This document shows, in pieces, positions 1-8,012 of a DNA stretch of 32,000 bases (its first letter is position 1; each line of letters begins with the position of its first letter). The position numbers and the translations under genes are program-made. The notes beneath the pieces are model-generated. The model had not been told where the DNA came from, ran no database searches, and saw nothing but the letters and a program-made list of their open reading frames with translations. Origin of the DNA: Lachnospiraceae bacterium (GTDB lineage Bacteria; Bacillota; Clostridia; Lachnospirales; Lachnospiraceae); the NCBI GenBank assembly GCA_024687745.1, contig JAILEM010000150.1, positions 68,869-100,868 of the forward strand. The letters run 5' to 3'.

Positions 1-221
1 GTCCTTTTGTTAAATGCCTTTTAAGATCTTTTCCTAAAGCCGCCTTTATCGGCCAAAATCTGCACTTTACGATCCGGGAAACTCTTTGTTCCTGTGTAAC
101 ATTACTGCCTGACCGTTAATCAGACTGAAAACTTAATATTTTGGTGGTCCGTACCTCCTTCGTTAGGATTTATAAAGAAATCTCCTGTTTCTTTACTGTA
201 TTTTGTTTATCTCCTGTCTAT
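1..221 (-). other. Untranslated leader or non-coding RNA downstream of a consensus promoter; runs off the left edge
   Basis: On the minus strand from about 221 down to 1, no ATG/GTG/TTG-initiated frame stays open to the window edge (all three frames checked by hand). The segment contains a duplicated ACAGGAGAT (reverse complement of 180-188 and 209-217). It also has a nested hairpin GAT-TTTT-g-GCCG-ataaagg-CGGC-tttagg-AAAA-g-ATC at about 25-60. Near the edge (about 4-16) is CATTTAACAAAAG, which loosely resembles an rrn boxA (GCTCTTTAACAA). The RNA class is not identified. Confidence 0.3.
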
Positions 222-227
222 GTTTGT

Positions 228-256
228 ATTATAACCATGTTTTTTTAAATTGTCAA
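228..256 (-). promoter_or_regulatory. Consensus SigA/sigma-70 promoter (TTGACA, 17 nt spacer, TATAAT) with an A/T-rich UP-like tract, firing leftward
   Basis: The minus strand reads agtgTTGACAatttaaaaaaacatggtTATAATacaaaca. The -35 is at 251-256 and the -10 at 228-233, with exactly 17 nt between them. The roughly 100 nt upstream (257-359) is almost pure A/T. Confidence 0.6.
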
Positions 257-359
257 CACTTTTTATTAAATAATTTTATATTTTTAAATTATTATTTTAA
301 ATTGTTTTAATTGTGTGTGAAATTTAATCAATTATATAAATTATTCTGTAAAATAGATT

Positions 360-920
360 CTATTTAAAGTTACTGTTTATGATCTCCTTAGCCTTGTCAG
401 GATCATCGCTTACAGAGAGCACAACAAATTCATTGTTCTTTACAAGAACCGCATTTTCAAGCTTTATTAGCTCCTCCGGCACATAATCTATAAAGGCTTC
501 GATCTGTTCCTCCGTTCTCTGCTTAAGTGCTTCCTCAGCTTTGTCAGCATCTTCCGTTGTTTCGCATTTAAGCACGACTATTTCCTCTGCTGTTGCTCCC
601 GAGCTTTCATATATATTGCTTTCCGCTATTCCTATTCCATCCAGGGATATAAACATTCCCGCAGTATCGATATCTATCTGTGACAGATCGTCCTTATACT
701 CTATGTTATTCTTAAGCTCATCCCCGAGATCTGTAGCATTCACTTCTCCGGCCATGCCTTCATCAGCCTCTTTAGCCGCTTCATCACCCCCTGCTTCATC
801 CTCTGAAGCTGTTATCTCTGCCGGATTTTTTTCTTCCCCGGCATCCTTGCTTGTACAGCCCGCAAGCAAAGCAGTCATGATACAGATTGTAAACAGTGTT
901 TTAACGATTTTCTTTTTCAT
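360..920 (-). CDS. Secreted lipoprotein, DUF4358-like; last gene of the MBOAT operon
   Basis: 186 aa with an ATG start at 920. AGGGAGA lies 7-8 nt upstream. The signal peptide has the lipobox LLAGC. An acidic linker is followed by a small globular domain. The DUF4358 assignment is from memory of the family and its usual neighbourhood next to MBOAT/DHHW genes; it has not been searched. Confidence 0.7.
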   Translation of the reverse strand: MKKKIVKTLFTICIMTALLAGCTSKDAGEEKNPAEITASEDEAGGDEAAKEADEGMAGEVNATDLGDELKNNIEYKDDLSQIDIDTAGMFISLDGIGIAESNIYESSGATAEEIVVLKCETTEDADKAEEALKQRTEEQIEAFIDYVPEELIKLENAVLVKNNEFVVLSVSDDPDKAKEIINSNFK

Positions 921-936
921 ATTTATTCTCCCTTTT

Positions 937-3171
937 TTATTTGATAACTACAGCATTTGACTTTAAATATTCCTTCCATACATCCATATACCCTGCCTTT
1001 AAATGAATACCGTCGGTTGTCGTTTCAGGCTTAAGGGTTCCGTCCTCGAGTGAAACATAAGGTCCGACATCCAGATAATAGGCCTTTTGTTCGACAGCAA
1101 AAGTCTTAAGTCTTTCATTCAGTGTATTTATATTATGATTATTATGTGTTTTGTCAGATGCCGATTTACTTGCCGTAACGGGAAGTATGGCATGTATGTA
1201 AATGATCGCCCTCGGTTCATACTCTCTGAGCTTTGCTATAAGCTCGGCATACTTCTCCAAAAAGGCATCTATACTTCCTCCCATCTCATTAAGCCCCACC
1301 TTGATATATATCTTAGTATAAGCATCATACTCAAGCGCACTGAATATAGGTACTTTCCCCGATGATGTGGGAACAACCTTTGTAGTCTCATATTTATACA
1401 GCTGGAATCCGGTAGCACAATAATATGTCGAAGCCAGTCCCGAATACATTCCAAAGCCCTGCAGTCTTGAATCACCGATAAATAATGCATCTGCAAAATA
1501 AGAATCATCTACTGAGGAAAAAGCCAGTGGATAGTATATCGAGGGATCGATATACGGATTGATAGGCTGCACAGCATTTTCACCGTTTGCGGTCTCCAAT
1601 GTGCTTACCGTTCCCTCCGATATATTCTCCGGAAGCGACTCTCCTGCATCAAGAGCACTGATCAGCTGACCAACTCCCAAAAGCTCCATTCTCTCTTCTT
1701 CATTCGCCTCTGTTTCGGAATCTGTCGCTTTATCATCTTCATTATCCGTCGCAGACTGATCTGTGGACGCAGCCTGATCCTTTTCTTCTTTGGTTTCTTC
1801 AGAAACGTCAGCAGCTCCCTCTGAGTCCTGATCCACTTCATTTCCTGCTTCATTTTCGTTTTTTGCTGTCTGTATTACTTTGCCATCCTCTTCCTCTGCT
1901 TTCATCTCCTTAAGGATAAGTGTACGGTACTCCTGTTCATAAGCACCCTTTGATACCTTTATAAGATCGGTAAAGGATCTGTCCATCTCATGCAGGGCCA
2001 TATATATCCCCGCTCCCGATGCGATAACGGCAAAGAATATGAGAGCACAGGCTATAAGAACGGGATGTTTATTTCTCTTCTTCGTTCCGCTCTCATGGAT
2101 TTCCGTTATATTATCCGGCTCTTCTTTCGGATCCAGATAGTTCTCCCCATATGCATCCCTTCCGGAAAAGTTTTTATTATCCGGAGAACCTGTATCTGTA
2201 ACTTCATCTTCCTCTTCATTTTCATTATCCTCCGTCTGATCCCTGTCATTTGGAGGTTCACTGGCACTATCCTCTACATCCGCACCGTATTCTGATACTT
2301 CACTCTCCTTTATGTCTGCTTCATGGAAATCTTCAGGATCATTATCATTACGATATTCCGTTTTCGGGTCGGAGAGAAGATCCCTGTAATACATTATACG
2401 GCCGGTTTTATTTTCTGCTTCGTCATCTTCCTCATCAAAGAATTCTGCTTCTGATCCCTCAGCGCTTTCCTCTGAGTTAAACTCCTCTGCGTTAAGCTCC
2501 TCTTTGCCAAACTTCTCTGCACTAAGCTCCTCTGCACCAAACTCCTCTGCACCAAACTCCTCTGTGCCATACTCTTCTTCACTAAACTCCTCTGTGCCAA
2601 ACTCCTCTGCACCAAACTCCTCTGTGCCAAACTCTTCTTCACTTAACTTCTCTGCACTAAGCTCCTCTGCACTAAACTCCTCTGTGCCATACTCTTCTTC
2701 ACTAAACTCCTCTGAAGCTTTGTCTGAGGCTTCTTCCGTGGTTTCTTTATCTTCCACTTCATCGAAAAAACTATCCAATAAGCCGGAATGCTCCTCTTCC
2801 TGAGCTCCCCTCTCTTCTATTATCCTCTTTTCCTCTTCTATTTCCTTTTCAAGCCTTCTTATTTCATAAGCAAGCTTGTCCTCGATCCTGTCGGTTTCCT
2901 TCCTGACAAAGAACTCCCTGTCTCTGAGTATCTGTGCGTAGGTACTGTGGTTAAGAGCATCTTCATTATAAGATGCTCCTCTCATTATTTCCCCTTCTTC
3001 ATCCCTTTTTATCAGGTGAACATTGAGCGGTTCCTTTCCCTCTCCCTGGTCGACAAGTCTGATATAATCATCCTTTTCCCGGAAAACAGCGGTATCCTTT
3101 GGTATATCCCTGACATTTCTCTTTACGGTCACATATCTCTTTTTGATCCTTTTTCTGGTTTTTGTCCCCAT
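937..3171 (-). CDS. Bitopic membrane protein with a C-terminal SGNH/GDSL-like acyl-hydrolase/transferase domain and a long acidic repeat-containing N-terminal region
   Basis: 744 aa. The N-terminus is basic, followed by a coiled-coil/acidic low-complexity block with EEFG(T/A) repeats. A single TM helix (HPVLIACALIFFAVIASGAGIYMAL) lies at about aa 369-393, followed by an acidic linker. The C-terminal domain has SGNH block I (ALFIGDSRLQGF) and block V DxxH (TTDGIHLKAGY). Confidence 0.8.
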   Translation of the reverse strand: MGTKTRKRIKKRYVTVKRNVRDIPKDTAVFREKDDYIRLVDQGEGKEPLNVHLIKRDEEGEIMRGASYNEDALNHSTYAQILRDREFFVRKETDRIEDKLAYEIRRLEKEIEEEKRIIEERGAQEEEHSGLLDSFFDEVEDKETTEEASDKASEEFSEEEYGTEEFSAEELSAEKLSEEEFGTEEFGAEEFGTEEFSEEEYGTEEFGAEEFGAEELSAEKFGKEELNAEEFNSEESAEGSEAEFFDEEDDEAENKTGRIMYYRDLLSDPKTEYRNDNDPEDFHEADIKESEVSEYGADVEDSASEPPNDRDQTEDNENEEEDEVTDTGSPDNKNFSGRDAYGENYLDPKEEPDNITEIHESGTKKRNKHPVLIACALIFFAVIASGAGIYMALHEMDRSFTDLIKVSKGAYEQEYRTLILKEMKAEEEDGKVIQTAKNENEAGNEVDQDSEGAADVSEETKEEKDQAASTDQSATDNEDDKATDSETEANEEERMELLGVGQLISALDAGESLPENISEGTVSTLETANGENAVQPINPYIDPSIYYPLAFSSVDDSYFADALFIGDSRLQGFGMYSGLASTYYCATGFQLYKYETTKVVPTSSGKVPIFSALEYDAYTKIYIKVGLNEMGGSIDAFLEKYAELIAKLREYEPRAIIYIHAILPVTASKSASDKTHNNHNINTLNERLKTFAVEQKAYYLDVGPYVSLEDGTLKPETTTDGIHLKAGYMDVWKEYLKSNAVVIK
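2476..2715 (-). repeat. In-frame imperfect 15-bp tandem repeat encoding (E/K)E(F/L)(G/S)(T/A) pentapeptides, with a higher-order repeat of about 120 bp
   Basis: The plus strand shows reiterated units such as caccaaactcctctg, tgccaaactcctctg and cactaagctcctctg. The 35-mer ctctgtgccatactcttcttcactaaactcctctg recurs at about 2561-2595 and 2680-2714. The region translates as EEFGTEEFGAEEFGTEEFSEEEYGTEEFGAEEFGAEELSAEK. Confidence 0.85.
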
Positions 3172-3267
3172 ATCCTTCTTAAACTCCCAAAAGTATTGTA
3201 AATCTGTACATATCCCACCCGAAGATATCCGCAGAGTGCCTTTATGAATTTATGATCATACCGATTT

Positions 3268-4410
3268 TTATTTCAGTATCTTATATATATTGCTGTCTTC
3301 GTTAAAATTCGAAAAATTGTAAAGGATAAGAACCGGAGTACCTTTTTCCTTTTCCATAAGCTCCTTTAGTGATCCGCCGTAATATCTGGGATCGATGATC
3401 ACTATCCGTCTGAAATTTCCCGTCAGAAATGGAATAAGACAGTTTGCGTAGGAATCCTTTATGACGATCAGTTCATCCTTTGTTGAGGTTTTCTCCGAAA
3501 TGATCTCGCTGATGCCGTAATTCCCCCAAAGAAACATCGCATATTTATCATAGATCTCAGTCTTCTCCATATCATAGAGACCCTTATGTTCTTCTGTACC
3601 GTTTATGACATAATCCTCTATCTTAATATCATAATACTCTATGGTATCGGGAACCGCAAACGGACTTTTATACTTTGCCTGATAGGTTCCGTAAAAATCA
3701 TTTACAAGGTTTACCTTATGATCTGTGTATTCCTCCTTTTCAATACCCATGCTCTCACATATCTTCCCGTAAGAAAGATATGCCCCAAAGGTCGTCCAAT
3801 GATGATCCGTCTTGTAAAATACCTGTTTCCCGGCTTTTGATCCAGTCCTTAACTCATCATATACATCTATGGTATGTAAGTTTTCCTTAGATGACAGGTC
3901 TGAATAAAACCCGTCTATATATTTCTTTTCATCTATCCTCGGAAGTCCTTCAGGTACCTTTTCCTTTAATATCTCAAACGAATTGGGAGCGATCAGAAGA
4001 TATATTTCCCTGTCATTATCCTCTGTGAATTTTTTTATGCATTCTTCATTTTTTTCAAGTCTTTTCCCCGGAGAAAAAAGTTTTTCAAACATATAACCGT
4101 CTTTTCCTAATACTATATTATTATTTTCCTTCTTTAACAATATCATTTCGGAAACTGCCTTTAATTTTACAAAAAACTCCCTGAACGGAAGCTGTTCCTT
4201 TGTATAGTTATCAAAGCTTTCCATATAAGAGCCGTCCTTTATGCCGGCAAGGTTAAACCTTGGTCTCTGAGTCAGGTAGCGGTTCTCTGCATCGGAAAAT
4301 TCTGTCTGCGGAAGGGCAAGATAAAGAATAAGCATCACAACAGTGAATCCAAACAGAATGGCTGCTGTGGGACAGCTTTTTATATTCCCCGACAGTTTTT
4401 TTCCTTTCAT
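3268..4410 (-). CDS. DHHW family protein (AlgJ/AlgX-like, SGNH-related extracytoplasmic acyltransferase candidate)
   Basis: 380 aa with an N-terminal signal anchor (AAILFGFTVVMLILYLAL). It carries the eponymous motif YKTDHHWTTFGAY. The ATG at 4410 lies 26 nt after the MBOAT stop. Confidence 0.85.
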   Translation of the reverse strand: MKGKKLSGNIKSCPTAAILFGFTVVMLILYLALPQTEFSDAENRYLTQRPRFNLAGIKDGSYMESFDNYTKEQLPFREFFVKLKAVSEMILLKKENNNIVLGKDGYMFEKLFSPGKRLEKNEECIKKFTEDNDREIYLLIAPNSFEILKEKVPEGLPRIDEKKYIDGFYSDLSSKENLHTIDVYDELRTGSKAGKQVFYKTDHHWTTFGAYLSYGKICESMGIEKEEYTDHKVNLVNDFYGTYQAKYKSPFAVPDTIEYYDIKIEDYVINGTEEHKGLYDMEKTEIYDKYAMFLWGNYGISEIISEKTSTKDELIVIKDSYANCLIPFLTGNFRRIVIIDPRYYGGSLKELMEKEKGTPVLILYNFSNFNEDSNIYKILK

Positions 4411-4436
4411 ACTTCCATCCCTTTCTTAACTCTTCT

Positions 4437-5810
4437 TCAGAATCTGAAATACAAAAACGGATTATATCCCTCATCCGCAAGGTAGGCTACGGAGATGACA
4501 AATAAGATCACTCCGGCTGCCATTTTTATATATCTGTTATTGACCTTATCATAAAGCTTCTTTACATATCCGAGAGAGACAGCACAGCCGATCGCCATTA
4601 CCACTGCATAATTGCCAAGATAATAAACTATATCATTCCCCGTATTAATGCTGAACATCCTCCCAATATACTTTAGGATATCTCCCATATCCGTAATGGC
4701 AAATATAACCCAGCTTACTATTACAGCTATCCCTGTGTAGAGCCTTGCAAATATCCGGCTTTTTATAAGTATGTTTTTCAAAAACAGCTTTTCAAGGCTT
4801 AAGAGGACAAAGAAATACAGTCCCCACAGTATAAAATTCCATCCCGCGCCATGCCAGAATCCGGTAAGGAACCACACTATGAAGAGATTTATATATGTCC
4901 TTAACCTTCCTTTTCTGTTCCCGCCAAGCGGAATATACACATATTCCCTGAACCATGAGCTTAAGGTGATATGCCATCTTCTCCAGAATTCCGTGACCGA
5001 AGCCGAGGTATATGGCAGATCGAAGTTTAGAGGAAATTCGAATCCAAGCATCTTCCCTATACCGATCGCCATCAGTGAGTAGCCGTTGAAATCAAAATAT
5101 ATCTGCAGTGTGAACGAAAGGGCTCCAAGCCAGGCAAGCAGCGTCGAGATGTTTCCATAACCGACAGTCTTAAGCTCCTCCCACAGCATTCCGATATTGT
5201 TTGCAAGTAAAACCTTTGAGGCTAAACCGATAATAAAGATCCTTACCCCTTCTTCTATTTCCTCCGGCTTTATCCTTCTCTCATCAAGGGCATCCGAAAC
5301 CCTCGAATATACGACTATAGGTCCGGCTATAAGCTGTGGGAACATTATAAGATATGTCCCAAGCTTCAATATGGATTTTTGCGCAACTGTTTTACCTCTG
5401 TACAGATCGATCACATATGACATTATCTGAAAGGTATAAAAGCTTATGCCAAGAGGAAGCGTGATATTAACTGCCGAAAGCTTAAGTCCCGTCAGTGCGT
5501 TTATATTCTCAATAAAGAAATTGATATATTTAAAAAACATAAGCATCCCGATATCAAAAACAATGCACAGAACAAAGACTGTTGTTCTCAGAGCTTTATT
5601 CTCTGATGTTTTATCCATCAGTATTCCCGCAAAATAATTAACTGTTATGGATAGAAAAATGAGCAGCAGATACTTAGGCTCGCCAAAGCCGTAAAATATC
5701 ACACTGAATATGAAAAGAACCGGATTCTTATACCTTTGCGGTACAAGGTAGTATACCGTGAAAAATATGGGTATAAACCAGAATAAAAACAGTAAGCTTG
5801 AAAAGATCAT
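4437..5810 (-). CDS. MBOAT family membrane-bound O-acyltransferase (AlgI/DltB/PatA-like)
   Basis: 457 aa and polytopic. It has the conserved MBOAT His region EFWRRWHITLSSWFREYVYIPLGGNRKG and a typical N-terminus (MIFSSLLFLFWFIPIFF). Confidence 0.9.
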   Translation of the reverse strand: MIFSSLLFLFWFIPIFFTVYYLVPQRYKNPVLFIFSVIFYGFGEPKYLLLIFLSITVNYFAGILMDKTSENKALRTTVFVLCIVFDIGMLMFFKYINFFIENINALTGLKLSAVNITLPLGISFYTFQIMSYVIDLYRGKTVAQKSILKLGTYLIMFPQLIAGPIVVYSRVSDALDERRIKPEEIEEGVRIFIIGLASKVLLANNIGMLWEELKTVGYGNISTLLAWLGALSFTLQIYFDFNGYSLMAIGIGKMLGFEFPLNFDLPYTSASVTEFWRRWHITLSSWFREYVYIPLGGNRKGRLRTYINLFIVWFLTGFWHGAGWNFILWGLYFFVLLSLEKLFLKNILIKSRIFARLYTGIAVIVSWVIFAITDMGDILKYIGRMFSINTGNDIVYYLGNYAVVMAIGCAVSLGYVKKLYDKVNNRYIKMAAGVILFVISVAYLADEGYNPFLYFRF

Positions 5811-5831
5811 CTTACAACCCCATTATCTGTT

Positions 5832-5873
5832 AAAAAAGATTATCTCCCCAAAACTTATGCTCCGGGGAGATAA
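5832..5873 (-). terminator. Rho-independent terminator after glyA
   Basis: The minus strand reads TTATCTCCCC-ggagcataagtttt-GGGGAGATAA followed by TCTTTTTTA. The 10-bp perfect stem lies at 5840-5849 and 5864-5873, and the T-run at 5832-5839. Confidence 0.7.
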
Positions 5874-5941
5874 TTCATCTTCTGTATCCCTCATCCCGAC
5901 CTTAAGACTGCCTTCAGTTATATATCTTAAAGTCTTATTAA

Positions 5942-7183
5942 TTACTGTACAAGCGGATATTTGGAGGTAAGCCCGTTGACGATGGCTCTGGCTTCCTCTA
6001 CTCCCTCTTCACCCTTTTTGACAATGATCGAGATAGCCTCTGCTATCAAATCCATATCTGCAGTATTCATTCCCCTTGAAGTAACTGCAGGCGTTCCAAG
6101 ACGTATACCGCTTGTAACAAACGGCTTCTGCGGATCGTTCGGAACAGTATTCTTATTGGCTGTAATGTGGGCTTTATCCAGAAGCTTTTCTATCTCCTTA
6201 CCGGTGAGCTCCTGCGGTCTCAGATCAAGAAGCATAAGATGGTTATCCGTTCCACCCGATACTATGGAAAGTCCTCTTTTCATCAGGCCTTCGGAAAGTG
6301 CTTTGGCATTTTCCACTATATTCTTTCCGTACTCCCTGAATTCCGGAGAAAGAGCCTCCTTAAAGCATACTGCCTTGGCGGCTATCACATGCATAAGAGG
6401 TCCGCCCTGGATACCGGGGAATATAGCCTTATTGAAATTATATTTATCGGCTGCCTCCTTATTGGCGAGGATAAGTCCGCCCCTTGGTCCCCTTAATGTC
6501 TTATGGGTCGTGGTAGTCACTACATCGGCATATGGGAAAGGACTCTCATGGTAACCCGTAACAACAAGACCTGCGATATGAGCTATATCTACCATCAGTA
6601 CAGCTCCTACCTCATCACATATCTCCCTGAACCTTTTAAAATCTATCTTCCTTGCATAAGCACTTGCGCCTGCAAGGATCATCTTCGGCCTGCACTCAAG
6701 TGCTATCCTTCTCACTTCATCATAATCGATAAAGCCATCATCATTTACTCCGTAGTGTACACAGTTAAAATACTTTCCGGAAAGATTGACCGGTGAACCG
6801 TGTGAAAGATGTCCGCCATGATCCAGATTCATTCCCATAAAAGTATCACCCGGCTCAAGTATGGCAAAGAAAACCGCCATATTTGCCTGTGCACCCGAGT
6901 GAGGCTGAACATTGGCATAGTCACAATGAAAGAGCTCTTTTGCTCTCTCCCTCGCCAGATCCTCTACTATATCCACACACTCGCAGCCGCCGTAGTAACG
7001 TTTCCCGGGATACCCTTCCGCATACTTGTTCGTAAGAGGGCTTCCCATTGCAGCCATCACTGCCTTGCTTACCCAGTTTTCCGAAGCTATCAGCTCTATA
7101 TGGCTGTTCTGCCTCTCCATTTCCTTTACTATGGCTTCGCTGACTTCAGGGTCAACCTTCTTTACTTCATCCAGTGAATACAT
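5942..7183 (-). CDS. glyA: Serine hydroxymethyltransferase
   Basis: 413 aa with full-length similarity to SHMT. The PLP-lysine motif is [17 protein letters not shown] strong RBS (GGAGGATTATCA) precedes the ATG at 7183. Confidence 0.97.
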   Translation of the reverse strand: MYSLDEVKKVDPEVSEAIVKEMERQNSHIELIASENWVSKAVMAAMGSPLTNKYAEGYPGKRYYGGCECVDIVEDLARERAKELFHCDYANVQPHSGAQANMAVFFAILEPGDTFMGMNLDHGGHLSHGSPVNLSGKYFNCVHYGVNDDGFIDYDEVRRIALECRPKMILAGASAYARKIDFKRFREICDEVGAVLMVDIAHIAGLVVTGYHESPFPYADVVTTTTHKTLRGPRGGLILANKEAADKYNFNKAIFPGIQGGPLMHVIAAKAVCFKEALSPEFREYGKNIVENAKALSEGLMKRGLSIVSGGTDNHLMLLDLRPQELTGKEIEKLLDKAHITANKNTVPNDPQKPFVTSGIRLGTPAVTSRGMNTADMDLIAEAISIIVKKGEEGVEEARAIVNGLTSKYPLVQ

Positions 7184-7248
7184 TGATAATCCTCCGATCG
7201 TTTATATTTATAAAACCTTCAGCCCTGTTAAGATTTACATCTGACATA

Positions 7249-7932
7249 CTATGCCTGGGCTCTTCTTTTTTCCTTCTTTGACTTCATCATTACGATAAAT
7301 GATCTGTACTCCTCCCGGAATATGATAGGATACATTATCAGTGCAAGAACGACGGCTCCCGAAACATCAAATACCGAGTGTTGTTTCAGAAACAGGGTGG
7401 ATGCGCATATCCCGATACAGATGATGAGTGACAAAGCCTTGACGGGCTTGTTGTTTTTCAGCTTTTTGTTAAAAGCAATCGCAAAATGCCCGCCTATGGC
7501 ATTATATACATGAATACTCGGAAATACATTTGTCGGCGTGTCTATCTCATAAAGCTGCTTCACCATATCCACAAATATATTATCCCTTTCAAATGAAACC
7601 GGTCTGAGACGCAGTCCGTTAGGATAGATATATGATATTATAAGGAATATGGTCATTCCCACCGCCATAAACGTAAAACTCCTGTAGAAGTTCTGTTTAT
7701 CCGTAAAAATGCAATAAACTACGGTAAATATCATATACACGAACCAGATCAGATAAAAAACAATAAAATACTCGCAGAAGGGTATATGGTCATCTATATC
7801 CATATGGATAATATGATACTTTATACCCTCCGCATTTTCCAACAGAAAAAAACACGGGAGATAGAAAGCCGCATATAACGGTATAAGCCAGATACTCCTG
7901 TTCTCAGCCAGAAAAGTCCTTAATTTTTTCAC
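7249..7932 (-). CDS. PAP2-superfamily membrane phosphatase
   Basis: A polytopic protein with PAP2-like motifs: RLRP (C1), FPSIHV (C2, PSxH) and LKQHSVFDV (C3, HxxxD). The ORF-track start at 7965 is TTG. I favour the GTG at 7932, which is preceded by AGGAG with a 7-nt spacer, giving 227 aa. Confidence 0.75.
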   Translation of the reverse strand: MKKLRTFLAENRSIWLIPLYAAFYLPCFFLLENAEGIKYHIIHMDIDDHIPFCEYFIVFYLIWFVYMIFTVVYCIFTDKQNFYRSFTFMAVGMTIFLIISYIYPNGLRLRPVSFERDNIFVDMVKQLYEIDTPTNVFPSIHVYNAIGGHFAIAFNKKLKNNKPVKALSLIICIGICASTLFLKQHSVFDVSGAVVLALIMYPIIFREEYRSFIVMMKSKKEKRRAQA

Positions 7933-7970
7933 AATATCACTCCTATATAATGCATAAATAAACAATTACG

Positions 7971-8000
7971 ATTATAATACTACCCACATAAAAATAACAA
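7971..8000 (-). promoter_or_regulatory. Candidate SigA promoter for the PAP2 gene (TTGTTA, 18 nt spacer, TATAAT)
   Basis: The minus strand reads TTGTTAtttttatgtgggtagtatTATAAT. The -35 is at 7995-8000 and the -10 at 7971-7976. The predicted start site, near 7964, would exclude the TTG at 7965, which supports the 7932 start. Confidence 0.4.
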
Positions 8001-8012
8001 GTAGTTTTTCAT

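Noticed and set aside
3-119. Open plus-strand frame entering from the left edge (PFVKCLLRSFPKAAFIGQNLHFTIRETLCSCVTLLPDR, then stop)
   Set aside because: It is only 39 codons long with an unremarkable composition. No terminator follows it. It lies antisense to the transcript predicted from the perfect consensus promoter. I cannot exclude it without the sequence to the left.
1-221. Glycine riboswitch, T-box or fluoride riboswitch identity for the leftward leader
   Set aside because: Isolated resemblances exist: GGAGA...CGAAGGAGGTAC...TCAGGCA...AAAAGGAC for glycine, GGTGGTCCGTACC on the opposite strand for T-box, and GGCCGATAAAGGCGGC for fluoride. The required helices and the remaining conserved boxes are absent or in the wrong order. 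I left it unclassified.
541-960. 139-aa plus-strand ORF rich in Ser/Ala/Pro, antisense to the lipoprotein gene
   Set aside because: It lies entirely within the reverse complement of a gene that has a clear RBS, signal peptide and lipobox. Its low-complexity composition is what an antisense reading of an acidic protein would give. It has no RBS.
2476-2715. Possible CRISPR-like or other non-coding repeat array
   Set aside because: The period is 15 bp with no unique spacers. The array is in frame within a long ORF. There are no cas genes in the window.
2394-2803. Repeat-derived ORFs: 2504-2803 on the plus strand (SSAPNSS... repeats) and 2394-2642 on the minus strand (QRSLVQRSLA... repeats)
   Set aside because: Both are alternative-frame or antisense readings of the 15-bp tandem repeat inside the 744-aa gene. 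Only the EEFG frame is continuous with the flanking TM and SGNH domains.
5961-6554. 197-aa plus-strand ORF, plus other plus-strand ORFs at 6167-7244
   Set aside because: They are antisense shadows of glyA, whose identity as SHMT is unambiguous over its full length.
7933-7965. ORF-track N-terminal extensions that begin at TTG or GTG: 7965, 8993, 18251, 27376 and 14056
   Set aside because: In each case a downstream start has a proper Shine-Dalgarno sequence at 5-8 nt, or an ATGA coupling. The extension either overlaps the upstream gene or adds non-conserved residues.
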